Source: a virus
Taxonomy: Duplodnaviria; Caudoviricetes
Strand: one strand, 5' to 3'
DNA: 57,378 nucleotides
IMG/VR virus record: IMGVR_UViG_3300033153_008467
Coordinates: 1-57,378 of that record
Shown in pieces: positions 10,061 through 20,307 of the stretch; positions within the stretch are counted from its first letter, which is position 1, and each line of letters begins with the position of its first letter. The position numbers were made by a program, and so were the translations under genes. Under the pieces are notes generated by a model. It saw only the letters and a program-made list of their open reading frames with translations. It ran no database searches and had not been told where the DNA came from.

Positions 10061-10746
10061 TTGGTATCGTGCGGAAGTATGCCAATGAGCTTGCCCCGAT
10101 AGTCCGCTCCGTGGAGATACAGGGCGGGGCCATGCTACCCAGCGAACTGCTGGCGTTCGCCGCTTTGTGCCGCGACCGGGAGGTGGACGCCGTGATCGAG
10201 TCGGGACGGAAGGGCGGGTATAGCACAGAGGTGCTATGCCGAACGCTCGACGTTCCGATCCACAGCATCGAAAGGAAGGTCGTGGCCGAACGGGACGCAG
10301 CGCTTCGGCAGGAGTTTGGCGACCGGTTAGAGTTGCTGCACGGCGACGGCAAGCAGCACGTCCCGCGGATCGCCGAGCGGTATCGACGCCCGGCCGTGCT
10401 GCTGGACGGCCCGAAGAACACCGGGGCGATGCCCCTGGTTCGCGAGATGCTTCCCAACTCCGTGTTCGTCGGCGTGCACGACGTGTGTCCGTTAAGTTCC
10501 GGGGACACGAGCCAGGCCAACCCGGGGCGGGGGATGGCGGCGGCGTTCCCCGGGGCGTGGTTCACCGATGATGATGCGTTCGTGAAAGAGTACGGCTGGC
10601 TGGATGCGGATTGGATCACTACGGGCGGTTACAAATGCGCCAAGGTGACGCACTACAAGTACGGCCATGGGGAGTTCATCAAGGTGTGCTGCGTGCTCGG
10701 CATCTTGCCCGGCGGGCGATGGGAGACTTCGCATGCCGACGCCTAG
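10057..10746 (+). CDS. class I methyltransferase-like protein
   Basis: VIESGRKGGYST, HSIE, HGDG, LLDGPK, VHD. Confidence 0.7.
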   Translation: MIGIVRKYANELAPIVRSVEIQGGAMLPSELLAFAALCRDREVDAVIESGRKGGYSTEVLCRTLDVPIHSIERKVVAERDAALRQEFGDRLELLHGDGKQHVPRIAERYRRPAVLLDGPKNTGAMPLVREMLPNSVFVGVHDVCPLSSGDTSQANPGRGMAAAFPGAWFTDDDAFVKEYGWLDADWITTGGYKCAKVTHYKYGHGEFIKVCCVLGILPGGRWETSHADA

Positions 10747-11320
10747 CCTGTTCACATGGGTACCTCGTTGCGGCGGAACTAGCGTCTGGAGTTGGATTTG
10801 CCATCACGGCGGGGAGCGGATCAAGTCCCGTCGGAACATCTACGTCTTCCCTGATCTCAACGTGATTGCGGTTATGCACTGGTATTCTGACGTATGGCGA
10901 AAGCGCGTCGACTACCACGGAAAGAAGCGGTTCGTCTTCGGGTTCTGCCGGGACACGTACACGCGGCTGGAGTCCATCGCCGCGTACCGCGGGTGGGCGT
11001 CGCTCGAACAGTTCGTCAAGCGGCTAAACGGCGGATATTGCGTGCCGATGCCGAAGTATGACGCCGGCATGAACTTCGCCGCCCCGCAGTCAAGGTGGCT
11101 GGCAATCGACGGGACGCTTGCCGTCGATTTCCTGGGCGAGCAGGAGCGGCTCGACGAGGACTTCGCCAGGCTGCGGGAGACGCTGGGCTGGCCCGACCAC
11201 CCGTTGGGCCACGAGAACGCGAGGGCCCGCACATTCTCGGACGGGTGGACGGAGGACATGCGGAAGATGGTACAATCAATGTACCGTGAGGACTTTGAGT
11301 TGCTGGGAGGTAAAGCGTGA
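10733..11320 (+). CDS. sulfotransferase family 2-like protein
   Basis: WVPRCGGTS, FCRDTYTRLES, PQSRWL, ERLDEDF, YREDFELLG. Confidence 0.78.
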   Translation: MPTPSLFTWVPRCGGTSVWSWICHHGGERIKSRRNIYVFPDLNVIAVMHWYSDVWRKRVDYHGKKRFVFGFCRDTYTRLESIAAYRGWASLEQFVKRLNGGYCVPMPKYDAGMNFAAPQSRWLAIDGTLAVDFLGEQERLDEDFARLRETLGWPDHPLGHENARARTFSDGWTEDMRKMVQSMYREDFELLGGKA

Positions 11321-12300
11321 CGAAGATTTTGCTCATCTACGATGTTCCGAACTGGGCATGGGGCTTTCGGGCCCATGATCTCCAGCGGTTCGCCCCCGAC
11401 GGCTTCGAGGTCGAGACAGTCGACTACACGACCCTCGCTGCGAAGTATCCGCCGGAACGGATACGCGACTACTGCGTGTTCAACTTCAGTTGGACGATGT
11501 GCCCAATGAACCTGGTGATGTACGCCAAGCGGAACGTCGCACTCATCACTTGCGGCGGATTGCTCTATGACCGGCAGAGGGAGGGCGACTGGAGAAGTCG
11601 CGTCGTCACGTCGAGTCGGAACACGAAGCGGGCAAAAGAGCGGCTGCCGAACTTTGACGGGCTGATCGCCGTAAACCAGGAAGTCTGTGAAGCGGCCACG
11701 CGGCACAACCCAAATACGGTACGTATCCCTTCCGGCGTCAACACCGACTTCTGGTGCCACAGGCCCATGCGGGAGTACGACGGTCGGCTCCGCGTCGGCT
11801 GGTCCGGCCAGCGGCGGTGCAACGTCAAGGGCCTCAATCAGATACTCAAGCCGCTTGTGGACCGCTGTCCGCAGTATGACTGGCGGGTGAACGACCGCAA
11901 CTTCAACGAGGCGATGAGCCATCAGGAGATGCGAGACTGGTACCACGACGTCGACGTATTCGTAAGCACGTCGATCATCGAGGGAACACCGTCGCCCCCG
12001 TTCGAGGCGGCGTCATGCGGCCGGATCGTGTTGTCGACCGACGTGGGCGTGGTGGCCGACTGGGACTACCTGGGGCAGCGGGACCTGCGGGCCCCGGCAT
12101 ACCGCAACCAGGGCGAGGCCGACAAGACGGTGAACTGGTTCGTCGCCAAGCTAGCCGAACTGGCGAAGTACGCGGAGTCGGACCGGCTGCCGAAGATCGG
12201 CGAGCTGCTGCGCCAATCCGTCGAGGCCAACTACTCGTATGACAAGGCGGGCATCGCCCGCAAATACCTGGAGTTCATCGCCGATGGAACCGAGAACTAA
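11317..12300 (+). CDS. GT4-family glycosyltransferase
   Basis: GVNTDFW, RVGWSG, KGL, DVFVSTSIIEGTPSPPFEAASCG. Confidence 0.88.
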   Translation: MTKILLIYDVPNWAWGFRAHDLQRFAPDGFEVETVDYTTLAAKYPPERIRDYCVFNFSWTMCPMNLVMYAKRNVALITCGGLLYDRQREGDWRSRVVTSSRNTKRAKERLPNFDGLIAVNQEVCEAATRHNPNTVRIPSGVNTDFWCHRPMREYDGRLRVGWSGQRRCNVKGLNQILKPLVDRCPQYDWRVNDRNFNEAMSHQEMRDWYHDVDVFVSTSIIEGTPSPPFEAASCGRIVLSTDVGVVADWDYLGQRDLRAPAYRNQGEADKTVNWFVAKLAELAKYAESDRLPKIGELLRQSVEANYSYDKAGIARKYLEFIADGTEN

Positions 12301-13468
12301 GCGCAAGATTCTGGTCGTGTACGATGTGGACGGTTGGGCGCAACATCGCCATGCCGAAGGGCTGAAGCGGTACTCGCCCGACGACCTTATCGTGCATACC
12401 GTTCCGTACGGTACCTACTCCCAGCGGACCGAGTCCTGGCTGCGCCAGTACGCGGCCGTGTACGTGATCTCGCTGTACCTTGCCCAGCGGCGCAAAGGCG
12501 TCGGGCGGCTCGTGTCAAACGTCGCCTCCCACGCCTGGATGTACGAGCGGCTAAACGAGTCCAACTGGCGGACATTCGGGGTGAACAAGGACCGCTGCTA
12601 TCCAGTCGGGATGCAGCGGGTACGCAGACTGGACGCCGTTATATGCCGTAACGACAAGCTCGGCGAATGGGCGCGTAGATTCCATGATTGCGTGTCCGTC
12701 ATCCCGGCCGGCGTCGACCGGGCGATCTTCACGCCGGGCGCGTTTCGCAACAACACCAGACAACTCCGCGTCGGCTGGTGCGCCCAGCTCGGGGGAATAA
12801 CGAGCTTCAAAGGACACGAAGAGATACTCGTGCCGTTGCGTCGCACGCTCCCGCAGTACGACTGGAGCGTCAACACCAGGATGTACGAGGACGCCTACTC
12901 GACCGAGCGCATGGTAGAGTGGTACCGTACGCTAGACGCATTCGTCTCCACGAGCAGCGCCGAGGGCACGCCGAACCCGCCGTTCGAGGCCGCGTCGTGC
13001 GGCGTACCTGTCATCTCCACCGATGTGGGGCAGGTGACCGACTGGGACGACCTGCGAGAGCTGAATATGGTCGTGCCGGACTGGGGAAACGAGCGAGAGG
13101 CCGGCAAGGTAGTCACACAGATAGCCGATCGGCTCCTGAAGCTGGAAGAACCAGGCATACGGCAAGAGTGCCGCGATCGGTTGCTGCAATCCGTCGCGGA
13201 CCACTACGATTACCAGACGGTGGCCCCAGAGACACTGGAGTACGTCATCGCCGATGCCGTGGCTCCCGAGCCGCCCAACAACGTGCCGCCGGACGAGGCG
13301 GCGATCGTAACCGACGCGAGGCGGTGGGATTTTGTGCGGCGACGGTTGGCCAGGAAGCGGCGGGACGCGAAGGACGGTAGGCTGTGGCGATTCGAGCCGC
13401 TCCGCAACTACTACGGGGATACAGTGGACGAAGCTGTCGACGATGCTATCACCGATGAGCGGAGGTAG
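12284..13468 (+). CDS. GT4-family glycosyltransferase with C-terminal extension
   Basis: GVDRAIF, FKG, STSSAEGTPNPPFEAASCGVPVISTDVG. Confidence 0.88.
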   Translation: MEPRTKRKILVVYDVDGWAQHRHAEGLKRYSPDDLIVHTVPYGTYSQRTESWLRQYAAVYVISLYLAQRRKGVGRLVSNVASHAWMYERLNESNWRTFGVNKDRCYPVGMQRVRRLDAVICRNDKLGEWARRFHDCVSVIPAGVDRAIFTPGAFRNNTRQLRVGWCAQLGGITSFKGHEEILVPLRRTLPQYDWSVNTRMYEDAYSTERMVEWYRTLDAFVSTSSAEGTPNPPFEAASCGVPVISTDVGQVTDWDDLRELNMVVPDWGNEREAGKVVTQIADRLLKLEEPGIRQECRDRLLQSVADHYDYQTVAPETLEYVIADAVAPEPPNNVPPDEAAIVTDARRWDFVRRRLARKRRDAKDGRLWRFEPLRNYYGDTVDEAVDDAITDERR

Positions 13469-14443
13469 ATGATGCCGAAGATTCTGGTGCGGTATGACGT
13501 TGACGGCTGGGCATTCCATCGCCGGGCACTCGGCCTGGCGAAGTATCACGGGTCCAGCAGCAACGTGACCATCGCGAGTGATGACCTGTATTCGGCGGGC
13601 GCCGCCGATGATTCCTACGACGCCGTGCTCCTATGCGATATGACTTCGGGCTTCCCTGGTTCACGGGACCACTGCAAGGCAGATCGCGTCGTGCGACTCG
13701 TGGGGTCGCACGGATGGCTCTATCGCAAATACGTCCAGGACGACTGGCGAACCAAAGGCGTGAACGGTCGCAACTCAGAGCGTGCATCCACCATCGTGAA
13801 GGAGTGCGACACGGTAGCAGTCTACAATATGGAGCAGAAGCGGTTTTTTGACACGTTGCATGACGACGTTCGGCTCATGCCGTATCCTGTCGACACCAAG
13901 GTATTCCGTCCTGGCCCCGGGAAGCTCGCAGGCCGCAAGCTCCGCGTTGGCTGGTGCGGTCAGCTCGGCGGCGGCGAGAGCAACTTCAAGGGTTTCGTCG
14001 AGGTCATGGTCCCGCTAATCGCACGGCTCGGGGATCGTTTTGACTGGTCGGTCAATCACCGCGACTTCCGCACGGCCTTGGCTGGGCCCGACTTGGCCAA
14101 ATGGTATCAGTCGCTTGACATATTCGTGTGCACAAGCACGGCGGAGGGCGGGCCGCAGACGGTATTCGAGGCGGCGGCTTGCGGATGCGTGGTGTTATCA
14201 ACGGCCGTCGGGCAAGTGGCCGACTGGAAATACCTGCGCGACCAGAACCTGACGACGCCCCCGCCAGTGAACGCGAGGGCCGTGGCCCGGGTGGTGGACT
14301 GGTTCGTCGAACGGCTGCGGTCCATTGACGGCAACCAGCACGGCAAGTTGAGCCAGGATACGGTACGTGCCGTCCGCAAGGATTACGATACGGCGAAGCT
14401 GGTGCCCGGGCAACTGGCGATGATCGCGGGGGGGAAGAAGTGA
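13469..14443 (+). CDS. GT4-family glycosyltransferase
   Basis: VDTKVFRP, FKG, CTSTAEGGPQTVFEAAACG; paralog of the two preceding genes. Confidence 0.88.
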   Translation: MMPKILVRYDVDGWAFHRRALGLAKYHGSSSNVTIASDDLYSAGAADDSYDAVLLCDMTSGFPGSRDHCKADRVVRLVGSHGWLYRKYVQDDWRTKGVNGRNSERASTIVKECDTVAVYNMEQKRFFDTLHDDVRLMPYPVDTKVFRPGPGKLAGRKLRVGWCGQLGGGESNFKGFVEVMVPLIARLGDRFDWSVNHRDFRTALAGPDLAKWYQSLDIFVCTSTAEGGPQTVFEAAACGCVVLSTAVGQVADWKYLRDQNLTTPPPVNARAVARVVDWFVERLRSIDGNQHGKLSQDTVRAVRKDYDTAKLVPGQLAMIAGGKK

Positions 14444-15387
14444 ATACCGTCTTTCTGATTAGCAGGTACATGCACGGCGCCAAGGTCGACCGTCACCGGG
14501 CGACTCTTGCCGAGGCGATCGGCCGGCAGCCAGGCTGTACTATCGCCGTCACAGGCCATGGCTGGCCGGGATATGACAGCGACAGAACCGTCTCGCAAAA
14601 CCTCGCCGATTTGAATATCCCCTGCGACGTCTTGCTCATTTACCAGACGGCGTCGGACTATCTCCACAACGCAGTACGGTCCGTTGACGCCCTGCGGTGC
14701 GTGCTCCTGTATGACTGCTACGCGACTGACAAACGGGCGGCCGAGGTCGACGCCGTCGAGCCGCAGATCATCTTTCACACGCACGCGAATGACGCAGATC
14801 GGTTGACCACGATCGCGCCACGGGCAAAGCACGTCCACTTGCCCTTCGGCGTCGACAAGGCCGCGTTCTACTGTGATGACTACGGGGACCGGCCGATCGA
14901 CTGCCTGCTCGTGGGCCAGACGCACGCCGAAATATATCCGCTGCGGGCCCGGTGGAAGAAGCTCGTGGAGTCCGGGGCGATCCCCGGTGAGATCCGCAAG
15001 ATGCCGTCGTACAGGCTAGAGCCCACCCAGTGCGTCCGCCAGTACGCGGAGTGGGGCGAACACATGCGGCGGGCGAAGATCGTGCTCATCGGATCGTCCA
15101 ACTGGAAGTACCCGCTCCAGGTCTACTACGCCGCGGCCATGTGTGGGTGTCTGGTGGTCGCAGACATGCCGGACGATGACGTGTACCAGCAGACTCTCGG
15201 CACGCACCAGGTCGTCGTCGATCCGAGCGCGCCCGATGAGGTGCTTGCCGGCATCGTCAGTCACACGCTGCGAAACGAACTGGAGATACGGCAGAGAGGC
15301 ATCGCCGCGAGGAACACGGCGGCCGAACTCTACACGACGGACGACATGGCCGAGCAGTTCGTCGCCGCGTGCCGGGATATGCTATAG
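14440..15387 (+). CDS. CgeB-like (GT-B) glycosyltransferase
   Basis: LPFGVD..F, YPLRARW, RAKIVL, AAMCGC. Confidence 0.72.
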   Translation: MNTVFLISRYMHGAKVDRHRATLAEAIGRQPGCTIAVTGHGWPGYDSDRTVSQNLADLNIPCDVLLIYQTASDYLHNAVRSVDALRCVLLYDCYATDKRAAEVDAVEPQIIFHTHANDADRLTTIAPRAKHVHLPFGVDKAAFYCDDYGDRPIDCLLVGQTHAEIYPLRARWKKLVESGAIPGEIRKMPSYRLEPTQCVRQYAEWGEHMRRAKIVLIGSSNWKYPLQVYYAAAMCGCLVVADMPDDDVYQQTLGTHQVVVDPSAPDEVLAGIVSHTLRNELEIRQRGIAARNTAAELYTTDDMAEQFVAACRDML

Positions 15388-16407
15388 CCTGCGTCCGCAC
15401 AGGCACTTTTCCACCGCTTGCACAAATCGTTCCGCAAACTTCTCCTGAGTTAGATTTTCCCTCCATAGCCGCCACGCCCCATTGCTTCGCCGCTCCAGGC
15501 TATCCTCGTCCTCCCACGCAGTCCGTACCGCCTCGACCAACTCGGCGTCGCTGGCGTCCGCCTTGACCTCGACGATGTGCTTGCCAAGCCCGCCCTGGAA
15601 CACCTCGTCGTCCGGCATGTCGGAGACGTGCACGGCCCCGGCGGCAGCGGCCTCCGGGAATCTGGCGAGAGCATACTGGTAACGGCTCGAACACCCAAGC
15701 ACGATCTTCGCCCGCCCCAGAAGATTGGCGTACGCCTGGACGTACTGGTTGGCTTCCATCAGGTTTTTGGCCAAGTGCGGCGGCCTGGTGTGCATGTGGA
15801 CCGGCGTTCCGATCGCCACGGACACCTTCATCTGTAGCTCCCGCCACCGGGCCCGCAGCGGGTAGTGTTCCCTCCCGATCGTGCCCGTCAGGATCACCGC
15901 GAGGTCCCGGCCTCGCCATGACCGCCTCGCGGCCCCGAACACGGCCGACTCGGCGCAGTGGTGGATCACCTCGACGGCGACGCCTTGCTTCTCGGCTTTC
16001 TCTAGGCGTGGCCGGTCATTGGCGTGCGACAGAATGCAGAGCCCGACGCGGCGATCAACCATCTGCTTCCATGCGGGCGGGGGCTTCGGGCCGGGCCACC
16101 AAGATTCTTGCTGCTTCTCTACGACCAGGTAGTCCAACCCAAGATCAGCGTAGCCTTTTGCCGCGGGCACCGTGATCCCGCTCACCCGCGTCCCGTCCAG
16201 CTTGTAGACCCAGACAGCATCGCAGTTCGGCATGATCCGCCGCACATTCACGGTCGCCGTTAGCTTCTCATCCCAGTCCGGCCAGCCGACGCCAGAGGTG
16301 TGGAACTCGACGCCGCCATGGTGGGCTACCGCCTCCACGTCATGCCGCCTAGACGCGGAGACCCTGCGATTCCAGAGCAGGGATGGGCAGAGGTAGAGTA
16401 TTCGCAT
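15382..16407 (-). CDS. CgeB-like glycosyltransferase, paralog of 14440..15387
   Basis: GWPDWD, HYPLRARW, RAKIVLG, RFPEAAAAG, DMPDDEV. Confidence 0.72.
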   Translation of the reverse strand: MRILYLCPSLLWNRRVSASRRHDVEAVAHHGGVEFHTSGVGWPDWDEKLTATVNVRRIMPNCDAVWVYKLDGTRVSGITVPAAKGYADLGLDYLVVEKQQESWWPGPKPPPAWKQMVDRRVGLCILSHANDRPRLEKAEKQGVAVEVIHHCAESAVFGAARRSWRGRDLAVILTGTIGREHYPLRARWRELQMKVSVAIGTPVHMHTRPPHLAKNLMEANQYVQAYANLLGRAKIVLGCSSRYQYALARFPEAAAAGAVHVSDMPDDEVFQGGLGKHIVEVKADASDAELVEAVRTAWEDEDSLERRSNGAWRLWRENLTQEKFAERFVQAVEKCLCGRRL

Positions 16408-16472
16408 TAGTCTTTCGAACCCGCAAAAAGTTGCCAACGCTTGTCGTCATGGTATTCTCTCAAAAGGCCCCC

Positions 16473-16673
16473 CTAGGAACAGGTTTCCTGTTCCGCCCCT
16501 ATTAGCCGGCATTTCATCTCAACAGCGTCTTCACCGAACTTGGCAGCAAGTTGAAGCACAACTTCTGGCTCGCAGCACATCTTGGCCGCCTCCGCAACTT
16601 CCTCATCCGTACCCTTCACCGCCACAACAAGCAGCAAGCAGGCGTACATCGTGATCCCTTCTCTGTTTTCCAT
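16473..16673 (-). CDS. small hypothetical protein
   Basis: 66 aa ORF after GAGGGG SD; lower GC. Confidence 0.5.
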   Translation of the reverse strand: MENREGITMYACLLLVVAVKGTDEEVAEAAKMCCEPEVVLQLAAKFGEDAVEMKCRLIGAEQETCS

Positions 16674-16675
16674 CA

Positions 16676-17368
16676 CTATCCCCTCGGTAAGTGTTGACAG
16701 TCCTCCGCAAACTCCCCTTCCCGCCTCCACCGCGACAGCCTCGGCTCGCGTTTGTTCTTCTTGCCTGCGCGGACGGCCGACACCACCCCGACGTGTCGGG
16801 CCAGCGATGGGTTGTGCATCACGATCCGCAGGCCCTGGTCACGGCACCACAGCTCCAGGTGGTAGTCGGTCTTCGTTCGGTCCAGCGGACGGGGGAACTT
16901 AGCGGCCAGCCGCTCGGCCACCTCCCTCATTACAACCACCGCCACCGCTCCGTGAGACGCGCTCCGCCTAGTTTTGTCCGGCACGGCAAACCAGCCTGGG
17001 CCCTTGGCGTACGCCTTGGCGGCCACCTCGCAGGTGTAGAGGCAGACGAGCCCCGCGTCGGGCCACCGCCAGCCGGCCAGCTCCCGGTCCAGCCACCCCC
17101 GGCAGTTGCGGGCCACCAGGCAGTCGTCCTGGAACACGACCGCCGCGTCGCACGGCGATTCGAGGCAGCCCCGCAGGGCACGCTGGAACTGGGGCCACGA
17201 GCCGATCTTCTCGTTGGCGTAGTCCATCGGCCAGCGGCAGTCTGGCGTGCCCGGCTCCGCGTAGACTATGCCGTCGGGCCAGCCCGCGGCTATGATGCTA
17301 TCTACCGCGTCGGCCAAGTAGAACGCCCCGTCACGCGGGGCCGCGGTCACGGCGACCGACCATCTCAA
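16676..17368 (-). CDS. GT-A fold glycosyltransferase-like protein
   Basis: TTG start overlapping upstream TGA; VVFQDDC, HNPSLARHVG. Confidence 0.65.
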   Translation of the reverse strand: MRWSVAVTAAPRDGAFYLADAVDSIIAAGWPDGIVYAEPGTPDCRWPMDYANEKIGSWPQFQRALRGCLESPCDAAVVFQDDCLVARNCRGWLDRELAGWRWPDAGLVCLYTCEVAAKAYAKGPGWFAVPDKTRRSASHGAVAVVVMREVAERLAAKFPRPLDRTKTDYHLELWCRDQGLRIVMHNPSLARHVGVVSAVRAGKKNKREPRLSRWRREGEFAEDCQHLPRG

Positions 17369-18093
17369 TGCAGCTTCTCCCGCTTGAATCCAAGCTCCGT
17401 CCTCAGCCGGAACATCTCCGCCATCTTGTCCTCGTTCCCGATCCCGAACCAGTTGCGGGCAGGCTCCCCCAAGTGCAGCACGTCGAACGCCAGCCATACG
17501 CGGCGGTGCTCTGGCCATCGGAGCAGAAAGTCCGTGTCGTATCCGCCGGCATGAATCCAGTTGTCTGCGAACCACGGGCCCGGCTTCAACGCTGGGTCGG
17601 CGGCGTGAAAGAATTGGCAGTAGCCGGGCTGCTCAGGGTCAAAGTACCGCTCCCACCGGGACCAATCATCCGAGCCGTCATAGTCGGCCGGGTTGCGACA
17701 CAGTCTCCGCCACGGAGTTGCGATCGTGCCCTGCCGGACTTGTCCGACACGATTCCGGTCGCCTACCCAGAACTGCAAATCATCCCGCCATGCGTCGTCG
17801 AACTCCACGTCAGCCGGCAACATCGTGTCCGCATCCCACACGCAGAACCAGCCGTCGAGCTCTATGAGGTCGACGCCTTGGCCTAGGGCCTTCCCTTTAT
17901 TCAAGGATGCCCCATCCTCGTAGAAGGCGTCCGTCCGCAGCACATCGACGTTGCCGAACGGATCACATACCGCCGGCGTCTCATCGTCTGTCGTCGAGGT
18001 CACCACCAACACCCGTTCAAAGTGCGGGGCGTTACGTGGTAGGGTAAGTGCCAATAGTTTTGAGTAGCCTACGCTAACGGTGATCGACTTCAT
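17365..18093 (-). CDS. GT2-like glycosyltransferase
   Basis: ITVSVGY, NKGKAL, WDAD (DxD), GYCQFF, GGYDTDF. Confidence 0.75.
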   Translation of the reverse strand: MKSITVSVGYSKLLALTLPRNAPHFERVLVVTSTTDDETPAVCDPFGNVDVLRTDAFYEDGASLNKGKALGQGVDLIELDGWFCVWDADTMLPADVEFDDAWRDDLQFWVGDRNRVGQVRQGTIATPWRRLCRNPADYDGSDDWSRWERYFDPEQPGYCQFFHAADPALKPGPWFADNWIHAGGYDTDFLLRWPEHRRVWLAFDVLHLGEPARNWFGIGNEDKMAEMFRLRTELGFKREKLH

Positions 18094-18974
18094 TGTAGCC
18101 TGTACCTCAACGGTTCCCAGTCCTCCGGCGGTTGCCAATCGTCTACGTTGTACACGACGTACCGCCCCTGCTCCATTCGGGGGCTGCCCGTCTCTTGCAA
18201 GGCGTGGATCATCCCGGGGCTCACGTCGTCCATCCGGTCCCGGTCTCGCCTCGGCAGCAACGGAAGGCATACGCCGCACTGTGGACAGAATCGTTCGATT
18301 TGTTCTCGGTAGTCGGCCAAGTCATGCCGCCAGCAACCCGGCGTGATCGGCATCCCGCCCGGCCCCTTGAACAGCCAGTCCATCGCCCCGGCCACCTCGC
18401 AAAAGAAGAACCCCTTCGGCGTGATGGAGCCCGACCACTCGCGCTGCAACGGGCATGAGTCGATCAGCCGCCACATGGCGTCCTCGTTCCGGACCACTTC
18501 CCTGATCGCCACGAGCACCGGCTGGTGCATACTTGACGCCCCCCGCTGGTGGCGGTTCCAGTTCAGATAGCCGCCAGCGTCAATGGGGACGGGCCGCACG
18601 GTATCCGTGGGACGCCCCAGGAGCCGCGTCACGGCGTCCGCGAACCGGTGGGCCGGATAGTCCACCGAAGTCCAGAGGCCGCGATGGCGGGCCTGGGGGA
18701 CAGCCTGGCAGGCTATCTCGACGATCTCGGGGAACTGCGGGTGTGACAGGGGTTCCCCGCCACATATCCCCACTACCTTCCGGCGGCCGTACAGGTCGGG
18801 TTCGCTATCCGTCGGGAACTCGGCCAAGGCTGCGAACGCGGCTTTGACGGTGGCGAGGTCCATCACATACGGCTCTGCCTGGTGGGGGCAGAGGCGCGTA
18901 CAGTTGGAACAGCTAGACGGGCAGACATTCGTGATATCCACCTGCAAGGCCCACATTTTGCGCGGAGGAATCAT
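18090..18974 (-). CDS. radical SAM enzyme
   Basis: CPSSCSNC (CxxxCxxC), GGEPLSHP, additional C-terminal cysteines. Confidence 0.88.
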   Translation of the reverse strand: MIPPRKMWALQVDITNVCPSSCSNCTRLCPHQAEPYVMDLATVKAAFAALAEFPTDSEPDLYGRRKVVGICGGEPLSHPQFPEIVEIACQAVPQARHRGLWTSVDYPAHRFADAVTRLLGRPTDTVRPVPIDAGGYLNWNRHQRGASSMHQPVLVAIREVVRNEDAMWRLIDSCPLQREWSGSITPKGFFFCEVAGAMDWLFKGPGGMPITPGCWRHDLADYREQIERFCPQCGVCLPLLPRRDRDRMDDVSPGMIHALQETGSPRMEQGRYVVYNVDDWQPPEDWEPLRYRLQ

Positions 18975-19507
18975 CCCTTTCCGCCTACCAAGATTGTCTG
19001 TAGTCCGAGGTCATGGATTGATGGTGCGGTAATACCAGCTACCTCCGCCGCATCCTGGATCTGATCTACCGTCCAACCGCAAGAGAAGTCCCCCGTATGG
19101 TTGACGCCAATATCCGCCACGGGCTTCGATAGTCCGTCTTCCGTATGCTGAGGAGAGCGGAATTGGAGAACGGCCCGGCCGCCGGAGGCCAGCACGCGAA
19201 CGGTGGTTGCGACATGCTCCTCGAACTTCTCGGCCACCTTATCTGCAAGCCGCTCGTGAATATCGACGCCGATTATCGTGCGAACACGGGGGGCAAGCGG
19301 TATCATCCATTGGCCATAACCCGCACCGATCTCAAGCACAATATCCTTGTCCATCGGCTGTGCTAGTCGATCAAACCAAGGCGGCATTTCCTTGTAGATA
19401 CGCCAATCCCTGTGCTGCTCAGAGTTCGGGAAATACCCTCGCTCAATCCGCTCTCGCCACGTCCGCAGTGACCATTCGGTAGCGGTTTCTGGTTTCCCGT
19501 CGCTCAT
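18971..19507 (-). CDS. class I methyltransferase, possibly internally deleted
   Basis: VLEIGAGYG, GVDI, RVLASGG; central strands appear short. Confidence 0.7.
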   Translation of the reverse strand: MSDGKPETATEWSLRTWRERIERGYFPNSEQHRDWRIYKEMPPWFDRLAQPMDKDIVLEIGAGYGQWMIPLAPRVRTIIGVDIHERLADKVAEKFEEHVATTVRVLASGGRAVLQFRSPQHTEDGLSKPVADIGVNHTGDFSCGWTVDQIQDAAEVAGITAPSIHDLGLQTILVGGKG

Positions 19508-20307
19508 CGTGCCTCTACTACGCATAGCGGCCGAAGCTCGGCCTCGTCAACGTACTCCTCCTGCCCGAACGGCCCCACGACGTGGCGAAGGCCAGCCCTG
19601 TCCCGCGTCATCGCCTCGCCATTGCCCGGTACGTCACGGCCCTGGGCGGATAGTACAATGTCACCGCCATACCAAAACGCCTCGACGCCACCAGCCGCCC
19701 ACCGCTTCGTGAGCTTCGATGCCGGGGTGGACTGATTAGCCGTGTCCCGCCTCGACCACCGGTACTCGTAGAGCACTTCCGGGATATGCACCTCGGTCAT
19801 CGCCAGCCCGCTCTCCGTCATGGGCGTGTACCAGAACACGTCGTCGTTGTATCCGATCCACGGCACGAAGCCGCACCTGACGGCGATGTCCCGTCGCCAT
19901 GCTGAGAGGTGATTCGCCCGCATGCCGTACATGCCGGTGCCACGTAGCTCGGACCAGTCATTATTGCGAAGCTCGAAGATCAGCGTCGTCCGGTTCTTTC
20001 CGTTGATCGTCCGCTGGACGTTGAACGTCACGAGGTCGGGGCGGGCATCGCGTATCGCGTCCGACAGTCGCCCGATATATCCAGGGGCCACCGCGTCGTC
20101 GTCATCGACGAAGGCCAGGTAGTCGCCACGTGCCGCCCGCAGCAGGGCGTTCCGCTTGGCGCCCGACGGCACGCTTCCGGCGTCCTCGTAGATCAAGACC
20201 TCCACGCCGCCGACGGCCACGGCCTGCTGCCCAAGCGAGTCTAGGAGCAGCCTCGCCTTCTCCGCCCTGCCGGCCAGCGTGGGGATCAGTATTGACAGGT
20301 TTGTCAT
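19504..20307 (-). CDS. GT2-family glycosyltransferase
   Basis: LSILIPTL, KRNALL..ARGDYLAFVDDDD. Confidence 0.9.
   Translation of the reverse strand: MTNLSILIPTLAGRAEKARLLLDSLGQQAVAVGGVEVLIYEDAGSVPSGAKRNALLRAARGDYLAFVDDDDAVAPGYIGRLSDAIRDARPDLVTFNVQRTINGKNRTTLIFELRNNDWSELRGTGMYGMRANHLSAWRRDIAVRCGFVPWIGYNDDVFWYTPMTESGLAMTEVHIPEVLYEYRWSRRDTANQSTPASKLTKRWAAGGVEAFWYGGDIVLSAQGRDVPGNGEAMTRDRAGLRHVVGPFGQEEYVDEAELRPLCVVEAR

Noticed and set aside
10912-11946. Long antisense or alternate-frame ORFs (also 16691..17554, 36471..37487, 39256..39993, 48619..49572)
   Set aside because: Expected GC-rich shadows of real genes; no motifs or RBS
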